Below the pieces are notes generated by a model that was given only the letters and a program-made list of their open reading frames with translations, was not told the origin of the DNA and did no database searches. Below are positions 38,029 through 51,985 of a stretch of 64,000 nucleotides of DNA, one piece after another. The first letter of the stretch is position 1. Each line of letters begins with the position of its first letter. Made by a program: the position numbers and the translations under genes. Location: NCBI RefSeq assembly GCF_006345805.1, contig NC_042999.1, positions 77,624,001 through 77,688,000 of the forward strand. Direction: 5' to 3'. This DNA comes from Octopus sinensis (lineage: Eukaryota).

Positions 38029-38051
38029 TGTTCGAACCAAACGTTTCGTTG

Positions 38052-40137
38052 CTTTTTTTTTTATTACCTTTAAAAAGGCGTACATCGAAACTAGAGAGAT
38101 AAATACAACACATACAGACAATACACAACGAGACCTAACATAGAATCGGGGAACTAAAATTATAAAATAGGAATTTGAGAAAAGAAGTAAAATTAAAAAA
38201 AAAAGCGAATGTATTATATGAAAAGATGATACAACGAGGCGGAATGCCTACTCGACTCCCGAAGCCGAGTGGTTACATTTAGACAGTCTTTTTCTTCATT
38301 ATTTTTTAAGAACACATTTTTCTCGAGTAAAGTTCACAATTTTCTTTACCTTTTTTTCAAAAATGTTCATAATAAATTAATTAGCTTTTTCCTGTAATTC
38401 TCGATCCTTTTATAATCCACAACCGGCGGCCTTCCATTAAAGTACACCGGCCCGTTCATACTTATGATAAATTCACTGCAATATTCCCATAGGTTGTCGC
38501 TCATTTCCTCGTTCACCAATACACACCTTTCTTCTTCTTCTCCGAACGTCCCCTTAGGTAGTTTCACTCTAATTAAATCCTTCCACTTCGATATTCTCTT
38601 CTCTACCTCTATGGATTTCGTATTAAAAAATCAGTTCCTTTATACTCGCTGGACTTCGCACCGTCTGGTCTCCTCTCTGGATTCTTTTCCACTTCATGTG
38701 TTAGTTCAGGCGGCTCTTCATCTCTTTTGTCCGCTTTCCCTGCTTCAACTGTCGCTCTCTGTAAGACTTCCCTTGACCTCGCTTTTTTTCTTCTCTTGGG
38801 GCTGACGAACCCCAAGATCTCTATTCATGACGTGAACCGTCATGTAACAGATTTTTTCTTCGTTTTTCTTCTCTTGTTTCCTCGCTTTTTTGTATTGACG
38901 TGGCTCGCATTTTTCTTTTTCTTTTTCTGGGGAGTGTGGTTTCAATTTCCTCTTGTTCTGGATAAGAGCTCGCCCTGCCCCTTTTTCTGTCATTGGTGTC
39001 GCTTGTGATGACGTCCCTGGTTTAGTCTCCTTCTCTGTCACTTCTTTCTTTTTTTCGGCTTCTTTCGGTTTGCAGTCTACCCTGAAGTGGCCCGTCTTTC
39101 CACACTAGAAGCATCGAGACTGGTGACCTACCATCACTACCAGACAGGTCTCACCAACCTCGATGCTTTCGGTTATTTCTTCCAGCGTGGACTGCTCTGC
39201 CTGTATAATTAACCGCACGCTTTGACCGTGCCAGTTGCGTGGCTCCATCACGGCAGCGTCTAGAACTGCAATTCTTTCCTCCAGGCCCATTGTTACTGCC
39301 GTGACGAGCCACTCTGGGTCCACCTCAGGGGGAATATTAGTGATATTGATTCTAGATGTCCTACCCATATATATGGGCAGAAGCACCACTTCCTCTGTCT
39401 TCAAAGGTTCTACCGAATGGAGCCGGGCTTCTTCTGTCGACTCCATCCTGACCTCGACAGTTGCAAAACGTCTTCTTCTTGCTACATATCTTATTCCATA
39501 TCGGCTTGAGGCATTTTTCTCTTTCAGCCTCCACAACGTAGTAAATTTTTCTTTCCTTGACTTTGTATGTCTTGAAAATCAATATTTTCTTTTCTAACTC
39601 TTGTTGAATGCTCTTTGGAAGAGCCACTTTGATTTCATACCCCTCGCTTGTTAACAGTTTTTTATGTTCTTCCATGTTGCTAAGGTTAATTTTTTTAACT
39701 TTCGCCCCCGCCGCAGCGGCGAAGTCAAGCTATTTCTTTGTTTTTTCTTTTCTCTCTTCTACTTTTTCTTTCGTTAATAGACTCGGTACATCAACATTCT
39801 TTCTCGAAGTTGACGGCTTCATTATTTTGTGTTCATGTGTACTATTCCTTCTCATTTGCGGACTCTCTTCGTCAGAATCTTTGTAAAGACGTGATTCTAC
39901 AATCTTCTCCATGATTCTACAATCTTCCTCCACCTCGACGTCTTGCTTCTTCGGATTAGCCATAATGCTGGCTCCCCCGCACGAGGGAAAACAACAATTG
40001 TTTTAACGATTTAACAGCAACAACGTTCAATAAATGTTCAACAATAACAAATATAACTTTTTAACAATCCACCTCTTCACAAACAATAACACAATCCAAC
40101 AAATACTGAAAAATTAATAACTCCAACTCACAAAATC
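38052..40137 (-). mobile_element. ORF1-only (HAL1-like) retroelement 2 with poly(A) tail and TSD
   Basis: Degraded ORF 39963-38367 with a CF*CGKTGHFRVDC knuckle; AATAAA/poly(A) at 38053-38065; ~19-bp TSD at 38033-38051 and 40138-40156. Confidence 0.75.
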
Positions 40138-41599
40138 CGAAGCAAACGTTCCGTTGATATCGCGAGCATTTTCATCTGCTTTACGTCCTTTTTTAAGTTG
40201 AATAGCAAACCTGCTCGAATATTGCTCTTTGACAATTCCATTTCAGATGACTGTAACAACGGTGAAAAAAATATCAATGTTAATTTATTGATGCATTTGG
40301 ACCAGTCTATGCCTGTATTATCAGAAAATTGCAAAAAAATGTTAAAAAAAATTCAAAACTCTGCAAAAATCCGGTACAAATTCTTCATTGTCCAAAACGT
40401 TGCTTACTTTTTACTCAACCTGATACATCATACATAATTGAGTCGTTATTTTCACTTGTGTGTATATCTAATCGAGTTAAGTATATATGCATTTTTGTTT
40501 GATATATATTTAAGTTCTTCTTTGAAGAAATTTAGATCCACGTTAACACTCATTTTCTTTGTATCTTGTCATTGGATGTTACAGTATTTTTGTGTGTACT
40601 GGTGTATTTTGAGAAGACAAACGACTTTCAGTTGCTATATATGTTGTTGATATTGGCTGCAAGTATCGTGGTAAAAGAAACTCCGTCTTGTGAAACATAC
40701 AGAATATTTTGAAGGATCTTTTTACAACTTTATGTTGGGGCGATGTTAAACTCCTCCTCCTTGTCGTCGTCTTTGTAGTCGTCGTTGTAATCATCATCTT
40801 CATTAGCTGACAGAAGAGTACCGCCAATTCCACCAACAAAGGAAATCCTCAGAATATTGTTCTGTCAAGTAAACATAAACACGATTATATACATGCGCGT
40901 ACACACATTCTCATACGCAGATGTATCTCAGCTTTCCTCCGCGTCACACGAGCTCTCCTTTGCGACTCTTCATATAAAAAAAAAACTAGGAAGTGGATGC
41001 GGAACCATGGCAAGTCGTGGGAATAAAGAGGAAAAGATTACCAATGATCATTGCCCCTTAAAAAAATAGAGAAGTCGACTCCCCCTCCCCACGCTCCCCC
41101 AAAGGCTGCAATCCAGTCACCTACCGCTACAGCCACCATCGCTACAAAAATAGCATAGACAATAGAAACAACCAAACCCATACCTACCACAACAAAAGCA
41201 TCTAGGCACAAACAGCAGCAGCAACGACGTCGACAACAACAATTCTAACAAAAAGCACAAACTCACCTAACTTCTTTCTTTGAAGGAAGAGCGATGAGTT
41301 GACGGAGTATGTGAAGCAGAACAGAGAAATACAGAGGAGGGGAAAGTATCAGCCAACTCCTGTTAAAGAAAGCAGCCGACAGACTTTTGATGAGTAACAG
41401 GCAAAGAAATCTCCAGATAATTGCCTTTGAAATTTCCTCATGCCGTGGAGGCTTCCAAAGTGAAAATGGTCTATGCAGTATTGCAGAGGAACTTTAAAGT
41501 ACCTAGAGAACTGATTTCCTTGGTTGACCTAATATACGGTAACTGACCTCCTCTACTAACTCTCCTCCCAACATATCAATACTGAGAATTGGTTGCTCG

Positions 41600-43020
41600 A
41601 CACCTGAAAACCGAGAATCGGTTTTGGTAGTCTGGGGTTGGTCTGAAGGCTTAAGTACTTCTTAGCGACATCAGGTAAGGAGATGTAGATGTTACCGATG
41701 AAATTTCCGGAACGCGCGATTACGTACACTTTCTCCATGACTACGAGATATACGTATCTTTCGGTCTGCCCAGATCAAGTGGAAGTTGCAATATTGTTTC
41801 GGAAAAGTTTAGATCTCGAGACACGGACGATTTTCCTGGACTCGGATGATAAGTTGGTGGTACTAAACGTGAACAGCAGTAAAGGTAATGCCTTCAGAAT
41901 AGTGCCATCCCCAATTGGGTAGGTGGTCAAATATAGTCATGTGACTAGATTCACGCTTGGAATCGTCCCGCCCATCAGCATTTGTAGACAACTGGAAAGG
42001 CATTTTAGATATGCGCTAGAATTATAAAGGAGTAGCCGATAGAAAGTGGGGTGTAAAAGCCCTGCAAAACTACTCAGGCAATTCCAACTGTCTCTTCAGT
42101 ACTGACTGGATTTCTTGAATGTGTTAATATGGACTTCATCTAGATCACATCACGATCGATCATTTGTTAGATAGGTGGTTAGGGGTAATGTCCACAATTT
42201 TGTTAGTCGAACATACAGAATACAAGTTTCTGATCTGCACAGTCAACAAAGACAGGACGTTCAGGTATGGACACTGAACGTGATTCTCTTAAAAGAAAGC
42301 TATCAGAATAAGTTGAATTTAGTGTAGCAAAGAAGAAGCGATAGAGAACAATAGGTTATAAGGGGCACTAGTTAGTAAATTAAAGGTGGCGACTAGATAA
42401 AGCATATAACGGCTGTAATGACAGCGGTGAAAATGTCATCGACTTTCATCACCGCGAAACACGACGTTTGCAAGTCAGAGCCAAGTCATCCAAGACACGA
42501 AAAAATAAGAGTCTGTGTGGCAAAAATGCTATGCAGAAACAAAACCACCGTTAGGTCTTTGACAGGCCGTAATGGTCTTACTATTCGATTCCGTGCAAGT
42601 GAGTGCAGTTTTTCAACCAAAGTTTACCGGACCGGGTGTAGTGGAGGATGGGAGGCAGTTGATTTTAATGTATATATCGAAGACCAGCATCAGCCCTCGT
42701 TAGAAATAAAGTGTTGCAACTCCCCATCTTCCGTTAATGGCGTGAGGTTGTGTAAATTAAATCAATGTACGTGGATGGTATGCCATACAGGTTTTATGGA
42801 TACATACTATACAAGTGCATCCCTCACAATTGGAAGCAGGCTTGGAACATTCCCGGATGTGTTAGCTGGGAAGTGGTGGGACTGCTGAGGAAGGACGCGA
42901 ACAAAGAAGGTAATAACAATTTCCGTGGCTAAGGTGTTTGCACAGATGTTCACCAGTTGCGTAAACCTGTGCGATTTCTGGCTGATCTGCCCACTACAAT
43001 CTTTTATTTATGTAGTTCAA
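41600..43020 (+). mobile_element. Degraded Tx1/L1-type LINE ORF2
   Basis: VAILFRKSLDL..DDKLVVLNV (APE-like), YKFLIC and VRAK segments, plus RT-proximal relics. Confidence 0.6.
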
Positions 43021-43039
43021 CAAGAGTATGAGTGGGAAG

Positions 43040-43150
43040 AGGGTTGAAAACGTGATTCAAATTATTAGTGCTTGTGAAAGTCTTACGCAGAGAGATTGCA
43101 AGCGCAGACACGACAAGGTAGCCCAAAACCTTCACTGACTACTCTGTGTC
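43040..43150 (+). mobile_element. REL-type (R4/Dong-like) LINE fragment
   Basis: ENVIQIISACESLTQRDCKRRHDKVAQNLH*LLC. Confidence 0.6.
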
Positions 43151-43267
43151 TCGGATGACTTAGCTCTGACTTGCAAACGTCGTGTTTCGCGGTGATGAAA
43201 GTCGATGACATTTTCACTGCTGTCATTACTTATATCTATAAGAATGCCATATTAATATGGCGATAAC

Positions 43268-43312
<45 letters not shown>

Positions 43313-44285
43313 TATATAAAGTATACTGTAAAGTGTTAATATGTATGTATAACATGTAATATATACATATATATAATAAAAATAGTCGAACATACAGAAT
43401 ACAAGTTTCTGATCTGCACAGTCAACAAAGACAGGACGTTCAGGTATGGACATTGAACGTGGTTCTCTTTAAAGAAAGCTATCAGAATAAGTTGAATTTG
43501 GTGTAGCAAAGAAGAAGCGATAGGGAACAATAGGTTATAAGGGGCACTAGTCAGTAAATTAAAAGTGGCGACTAGATAAAGCATATAACAGCTGTAATGA
43601 CAGCGGTGAAAATGTCATCGACTTTCATCACCGCGAAACACGACGTTTGCAAGTCAGAGCTAAGTCATCCAAGACACGAAAAAATAAGAGTCGTTTAATT
43701 GGTCTGCGTAATGGTCTTACTATTCGATTCCGTGCAAGTGTGTGCAGTATGTCAGTCTTATTTAATTTCTTAATGGTCTTGCTGCTCTTTGTTTATGTAG
43801 TTTGATTTCTTTATCCATCAGTTTCAACTAAGATAGAGACTCGAGTAAAATTAATAATAGAGAAACAAAAATAAAACTTTGGAAACAGCCTAAAGGAAGA
43901 TAACTGAGAAAGACTTGAAAGTCAACGTAAGATCATAATCATGTAAAGTAAAGTAAATATAACAAGTTATCCAGATATGTACGCTTGGAGCGGCCTCTCT
44001 AAACTTGCAATGCATCTTTTTAAAAAAAGTAAGCAAGCAAGCAAACACGGGTAAGAGAGAGCTATGCAAATGTCTTGAAGAACAACCTGAAACAAAAGGA
44101 GAGAGGGGGAAAGTGGGGAAAGGAGAGAAAAAAGAGTGAATGAAAGAAATATAAGGAAAGAGTGAGAAAGGGAGAGAAAGACAGTGAGAGAGAGACAGAG
44201 AAAGAGAGAGAGAGTTTGTATGTGGGTGTGTAAAGATTTCCGTAGGTTTTTTTTGAAAACTGTTATTATGAAACTCACACACATA

Positions 44286-44367
<82 letters not shown>

Positions 44368-44762
44368 CACACACACACACACTCACACACACACTCTCTC
44401 TCTCTCACACACACACACCACACACACACACACCACACACACACACACACAATGAGGACATTAAATGCATGACGAAAGTAATATAGCTGTCATGTCACGT
44501 ATGATCGATACCTTTTCACGCTTGATTCCACACGCTTGATTGGCTGTCGTTGTGGTGGGTCTGGAGTGGCATATTCCTTTCTTTTTTTTTTGTTGTGTTT
44601 TAAAGAAAACCTAACAACACTCGGACGAATCGAGAACTGATATGTAATTGCGATAAACAAACAGCAATAGTGGCAACAATAGCAATGCTAACAGAACACC
44701 CACCCATAACAACATCATCATCATCAACAACAACAATCACTACAACTACCACCACCACCACC

Positions 44763-44796
<34 letters not shown>

Positions 44797-44984
44797 GAAG
44801 CAGTATTTGTTCCGGCTCTTTATGTTCATATCCTGCCAAGGTCAAACGTTGTCTTTCATTCCTTCGGAGTTGATAAAATCACGTGCCAGTTAAGTACTGA
44901 AGTCGATAATATCAACTAGACCCTTCCCTCAAAATTTCTGACATGGTGTGTAAAAGTATGAAGCCGTTATTAGTAGTAAATATA

Positions 44985-45475
44985 AGGCGGTGAGCTGGCA
45001 CAATCGTTAACACGCCGGCCGAAATGCTTAGCGTTATTTCGCCCGTCGCTACGTTCTGAGTTCAAATTCCGCTGAGGTCGACTTTGCCTGTCATCCTTTC
45101 GGGGTCGATAAATTAAGTAACGGTGGAATACTGGGGGTCGATATAAGCGACTCATCCACTCCCTACAAATTTTATGCCCTGTACCTGTAGCAGAAAGGAT
45201 TATTAGTAGTAAATATGCGATGGATTGGCAGAATAGGTAAAATGTCGGCGAGCTGGCAGAAACGGTAGCACGCCGGGCGAAATGCCTAGCGATATTTTGT
45301 CTGCCGTTATGTTCTGAGTTCAAATTCCGCCGAGGTCGACTTTGTTTTTCATCCTTTCGGGGTCGATAAATTAAGTACCAGTTACGCACTGGGGTCGATG
45401 TAATCGACTTAATCCGTTTGTCTGTCCTTGTTTGTCCCCTCTATGTTTAGCCCCTTGTAGGTAATAAAGAAATAT
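44985..45475 (+). mobile_element. Two SINE family A copies
   Basis: Homologous to 3825-4050; copies start at ~44985 and ~45246. Confidence 0.85.
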
Positions 45476-45664
45476 ATAAGTTCTGAGTTCAAATTCCACT
45501 GATATTAAATAGAGGAAATGGTTAATCGTTTCTATTGGCCACAGTACAAAGGTGAGAGTAGAGAAGGAAATTCTGCCTTCTTGTGTGTTCAACAAAAGGT
45601 GGGTGAGAGAAGTGGCCAGATTAGTGAAACTGAAATAGGCTTATTCCGAGTGTGCTTTTCTAAG

Positions 45665-45970
45665 TTTTTTTGTTTGTTCCTTCTCGAGCCATGTCTGGCT
45701 CATAAGGGCCTGTTACTCGGTTTCCTAGGCGTATAGGTTCCCCACATGGACGGGACGCCGGTCCGTCGCAGGTAAGCTGCAAGATGCAGGAGGAAAGAGT
45801 GAGAGAAAGTTGTGGCGAAAGAGTCAGCAGAAGTTCGCCATTACCTTCTGCTGGAGCCGCGTTGAGCTTAGGTGTTTCGCTCATAAACACACACATCGCC
45901 CGGTCTGAGATCCGAACCCTCGATCTCTCGACCGCGAGTCTGCTGCTCTAACCACTGGGCCACGTGCCCC
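45665..45970 (-). mobile_element. tRNA-derived SINE (family C)
   Basis: Minus-strand head GGGGCACGTGGCCCAGTGGTTAGAGC..GGTTCGGATCTC; a related head lies at 50095-50175. Confidence 0.75.
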
Positions 45971-46309
45971 AACCTTTTCTAAGTAGGAGGAAAGAAGCAA
46001 GGAGAAGGCACTTTTGACGTCTTGAATGTGGTAAAATAATCTGGGCTTCTGTGTTGTGTGTGTGTGTGTGTGTGTGTGTCTGTGTGTGTGTGTGTGCATG
46101 CGTGCGTGCGTAGAAGGAGAGGTTCCCTCCAATTATCTAATGTGGCCTTTCTCATATTTGAAGGACTTTTCTTAATGAAATTCTCTATTGTTATAATGTT
46201 TTCTCTTGATTTTATTCGATGAAATCCTCAATTTTTTTGTGTTTATATTTTGTCTTTTTGTTTGTTCTCAATGCCATGGAACCCTGTGGTCAATAAAATG
46301 AAATATTAT

Positions 46310-46421
46310 CATTATTATTGTTGTTGTTGTTAATGCTGTTACTGTCATCGTCGCCATCACTACCACCACCACCACCACCACCACTACCACCACCACCGCC
46401 GCCACCGCCACCACCACCACC

Positions 46422-46455
<34 letters not shown>

Positions 46456-47045
46456 TCATCAGGGTTGTGTATTGGCAGCATCTTTAGAGCATCAGAAAAA
46501 ATGCTTGACATCGGCACATGCACATTCCACCCCACGCCGATCACCAACCCCACTACCACCACCATGGTCGCCATCACCTCCACCACCATGGCCACCACCA
46601 CCACCATCACCACCACCACCACCATCATCATCATCATCGTCATCATCATCATCATCATCATCATCAGGGTTGTGTGTTGCCTGCATTTTTAGAGCATCAG
46701 AAAAATGCTTGACATCGGCACATGCACATTCCACCCCACGCCGATCACCAACCCCACTACCACCACCATGGTCGCCATCACCTCCATCACCATGACCACT
46801 ATGGCCACTATGGCTTCCACCACCACCATCATCATCGTCGTCGTCGTCGTCGTCATCATCATCATCATCATCATCATCATCAGGGTTGTGTGTTGCCTGC
46901 ATTTTTAGAGCATCAAAAAAAAAATGCTTGACATCGGCACATGCACATTCCATCCCACCTCACTCCGATCACCAACCTCACCACCACCACCACCACCACC
47001 ACCACCATAATCGTCATTATCATCATCATCATCATCATCATCATA
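46310..47045. repeat. Compound minisatellite: (CAC)n(CAT)n plus ~110-bp unique spacer, 3 copies
   Basis: Spacer CAGGGTTGTGT..AGAGCATCAGAAAAATGCTTGACATCGGCACATGCACATTCC at ~46460, 46665 and 46881. Confidence 0.9.
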
Positions 47046-47589
47046 TTAGGGATGTCATCGCCGTCGGCGGTATCACATTATTTATTGTTATTGAAACTGC
47101 AGCAATTTCCTCTCAGCCGGTCAAACGACAACTGTTTCATCTTTGAAATATTGGTGAGTGTTGCTTTACGTAGATATCCTGGGCTGCTCCGTGAAATAGG
47201 ATACAACAACAACGACAACAACAACAACACGCAAACCACAAGTTGATAAAATAGCACAGACATTCGTGCAGAGGATCCGTGTTTTAAAAGCATTCCTTCC
47301 AACTGATTAAACATTGTTAAAGAAAAAAAATCAATGAAACACAAAAGAAAACAAAAAACTAAGCAACTATTATATTTTATGACTTGGTGAGACATTTCAA
47401 GATTGAGCGCCTCCCCCCCTCACTCACATACATACATATAATCATACACACACACACACACACAACACTCACATACGCACATATACTCACACACACACAC
47501 ACACACACTCACACACACACATATACTCAACACACATATACTCACACACACATATAATCACACACACATATATACTCACACACACATAC

Positions 47590-47703
<114 letters not shown>

Positions 47704-48154
47704 ACACACACACACACACATGTACTTTCAAAAACACACGCATTCACACTCGGGAAGCATTTTGTATAAACTATCAATTCGACGTTTCAATCGATGAATA
47801 TTCACACAGTCAATATTCAATACTAAAAAAATTAAAACACATACATAGACACACACGAACACACGCATGCACGTGCACATACACGTACACACTGACGTGC
47901 ACATACACCCGTACATACACCCACGTGCAGAGATCCGTGAGGCATACGTAATAATTTTACAAGGAAACATCAATGACACAGGTGAAACTGCAGAAGCTTC
48001 TTAACTAGTAATTGTCAGCTGATAGAATCCATTCGGAGCTTCCGCATTGGAAATGACAAAATCATTATCGTTTGGAGGCGCTGCAAGAGGAACACGCCCA
48101 ATATCAAGAAGAAAAGACAAGAGAAGAATAAATAGAACAAGCTAGAGACAATTG

Positions 48155-48248
<94 letters not shown>

Positions 48249-48288
48249 AATCTTTCTCCACCCCTCTTTCTCTCTCTTTATCTATCTA

Positions 48289-48322
<34 letters not shown>

Positions 48323-48718
48323 CACACACAGACATACATACATTCATTCATACCTACATGCACGCCACCTCCACACACAGACAGACGTGTGTATCAAAAG
48401 CTGCAAATAGGCATTGACGGATTGTCAGATGTCATTTGAAACAGACTGGATATGATCTTTACGATTGAAGAGACGTAAAAGACAAAAGCAAGAAAACTCC
48501 ATGATGAATTTTAAAAATTTGAATTGGTTAATACTGATAACACTATCAGGTAAAGTATATATTGTATGGGTTTTTGTATGACATTTATGCATCTTTACGT
48601 TTTAATTCTCCCGGCCAGATGGTCGCGGCAATGCTGGAACACCGTCATTTACGTTTCTGTATTTGACCCAGTCCGGTAATTGTATTCATATATGAACAAA
48701 ATATAAGCGTCATGTTCC

Positions 48719-48988
48719 ATGTTATATTTCGGGATGATCATTTTGTGTTCTTTTGCCTAATAAACACACGCAATATACGTTCATCCTTCTTCGGCATTAT
48801 TATTGTTCTTATTCTGTGTCCTTTGTCTTAAATATTTCGTCACTCATCCTGTGACCTCTTCAATATGTAACGAAAGATTTAAGATGAAGGACACAAAAAC
48901 AAGTCCAATAATAAAGCTAAAGTGATGAACGAATATATAGTGCGTGTGTTTATTTGGCAAAAAAATTACCATCCCGAAGTATAACAAT
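48719..48988. mobile_element. Fold-back element with a hammerhead motif at 48829-48865(-)
   Basis: Inverted arms of ~120 bp. Minus strand ta-TTGAAGA-g-gtcac(aggatga)gtgac-GAAA-ta-TT-ta; the plus arm keeps only gtaacGAAA. Confidence 0.65.
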
Positions 48989-49213
48989 ATAAGTATCATG
49001 GTTTCCGTTATACAGATATATATCAAAAGTAAATAGATATCATCCGTTCTAAGATTCATTTTTAGACAAAATAATGTCTGACATTGATGCTTTTAACCTA
49101 GAACTCAGTAGGCATGCCGTGTGCACAATACATTAACGAATTTGAAGTACTACATAGAGTTTGTAGACATGAAACGGTAAGATGAGGCCGTATCTATTTG
49201 CTTTTGAGATGTC

Positions 49214-49304
<91 letters not shown>

Positions 49305-49634
49305 CTTTCTATCCCCCCTCTCTCTCACTCGATATATATATATATATATATGTAAATGCGTGTATATATTAGGGTGTATGGATTTATATATATGATCTTA
49401 TGTTGTTGAATTAAGCTGGTTATTATCAGTGTCTAGGCTTTTGTTGCAGGATCTTTCGAAGCTGTATGAGTACATGTGCATACATACATACATACATACA
49501 TACATACATACATACATTACATACATACAACATACATACACACACACATACACACACACATACACACACACACATACATACATACATACATACATACACA
49601 CACACATACATACATACATACATACATACATACA

Positions 49635-49665
<31 letters not shown>

Positions 49666-49751
49666 CTTCCAGAGCGTGAAACTAATACATGTTTGTTGTC
49701 TATACCACCTATCTTCGTCTTTTGTTTTTTTTGTGAATTCTCCCTATATAT

Positions 49752-49795
<44 letters not shown>

Positions 49796-49899
49796 ATTAT
49801 ATATAATATGTATATATATGTATATATATATATATATATATATTAATATATATATATATAATATATATATATATAATATATATATATATATGTACACAT

Positions 49900-50175
49900 G
49901 ATGGACTCTCCCGTCGTTAGACGACGTATGAGGGTTCGACAATTTCTGATCGAACAACCTTGCAGATGGTTTGTTTATAATGAGCAAATGTTTGTGTACA
50001 AGTAAGCCCACTTCCTCCATCAAATCGACATTACCTGTACATGTCAGATGACGAAATGATCGCAAAACAAAGTGAAATGAAGTGCACAAGAGCACAACAC
50101 AACGCCCGATCTGAGAATCGAACCCACGATCTCGCAATCGTGAGTGCAACACCTTAACCACTGAGCCATACGCTT
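49900..50175 (-). mobile_element. tRNA-derived SINE
   Basis: Minus-strand GCGTATGGCTCAGTGGTTAAGG..GGTTCGATTCTC A/B boxes. Confidence 0.75.
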
Positions 50176-50519
50176 TCACTTATATATATATATATACATA
50201 TTTTTTTTCTTTGCCTTTCTTTTACTTGTATCACATGTACATGTAAATGCGTTTATATGTATCTACTACCTGCTAAACGACTAGAATATTTTATATATTT
50301 TCTGTTTCATTAATGGTCTGTTATTTTAACGTCTTTATTTGCTCTTTCCTTTCTGGTTCATTGAAGCTTAGTTTCTTAAGTTTGGCAGTGATGTAGTTGC
50401 TTCCATAATCAAGTACCCCAAGAAATACAGTTATAAATCTTTAACATTATGACGATGTTATGTATGTATATCTCTTCTGTATTAAATTATTTAAATTCTT
50501 CTTGGAATGAACGAAAGTA

Positions 50520-51345
<826 letters not shown>

Positions 51346-51439
51346 CAGACGTATGTATGTATGTATGTATGTATGTATGTATGTATGTATGTATGTATGT
51401 ATGTATGTATGTATGTATGTATGTATGTATGTATGTATG

Positions 51440-51985
51440 TCATTATTCAGTTTTATTTGAAGATTTCTTCCAATAGAGAAAGAGTCAGTTTGTAATCTAG
51501 ATCCAAGGCTCCTTCATTGGAATTTCATCAACATTAACAGGGTACTTTTGTATGTATATGTGCAGATTTATGTATGTATTCCCATGCATATAGTTGCATG
51601 TCTAGACATGTTCATATATACTTATATGATAAACTTTTGGAAAGTTTTACAGATTTTTACAGTTCCTGTGATGACTTGGATCTGTAGACTTCCTATCTAT
51701 CTCCTTTGATCCCCCCTCTCTCTCTACATTTGGGAAGACTAATTTCTCAAGATTGATGCTACAGCAGCGTGTTACATGTTCCAATGCCTCAATAATTACA
51801 GGTATAGACTTGGACTTTTAATCTGGATAGTGTAACTGTAGACTTCTCAGTAGCTTAGCGTAAGTATTTTTATTTTTCTTAAAGCTGATCTTTAGCTTTA
51901 TGGTAACATCATTTGGACAGCTGATTTCCACAGCTAAACAGTTTCTCTTCTCTATTCCAAATCACTATGTCAGGTCTCCACCAGT
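51440..51985 (-). mobile_element. Second REL-endonuclease LINE 3' end abutting (CATA)n
   Basis: RPDIVIWNREEK..VEISCPND..YAKLLRSLQLHYPD..IPVIIEAL; the 3' UTR ends at the (TATG)n tract 51352-51440. Confidence 0.65.

Larger units (their letters stand above)
36491..40423 (-). mobile_element. Mariner transposon interrupted by two retroelements
   Basis: TIRs TCAGGCTGAGTAAAAAGTAAGCAACGTTTTG / CAAAACGTTGCTTACTTTTTACTCAACCTGA with TA TSD. N-terminus MELSKSNIRA at ~40240; C-terminus HFFKHLEGFLREEFKNQ..FYVTGINKL..KCVDCNGTYFD at ~36570-36790. Confidence 0.9.

Noticed and set aside
42410-42470. Hairpin gcggtga/tcaccgc followed by GAAAC as a hammerhead
   Set aside because: There is no NUGANNA core at the right spacing and no NUH site; it lies within LINE-derived sequence.
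43890-44486. Microsatellite ORFs (VCVC, YIYI, THTH) throughout the window
   Set aside because: They are translations of (CA)n, (TA)n, (CATA)n and (TATC)n repeats.
45900-45970. Genuine tRNA genes (also 50100-50175 and 50787-50860)
   Set aside because: They continue into SINE bodies and do not form complete cloverleaves.
46310-47045. His-, Gly- or Asp-rich protein (e.g. beak histidine-rich protein), or a CRISPR-like array
   Set aside because: The ORFs arise in all frames from (CAC)n/(CAT)n microsatellites and the frame is not preserved between units. There are no unique spacers or cas genes, and the context is eukaryotic.
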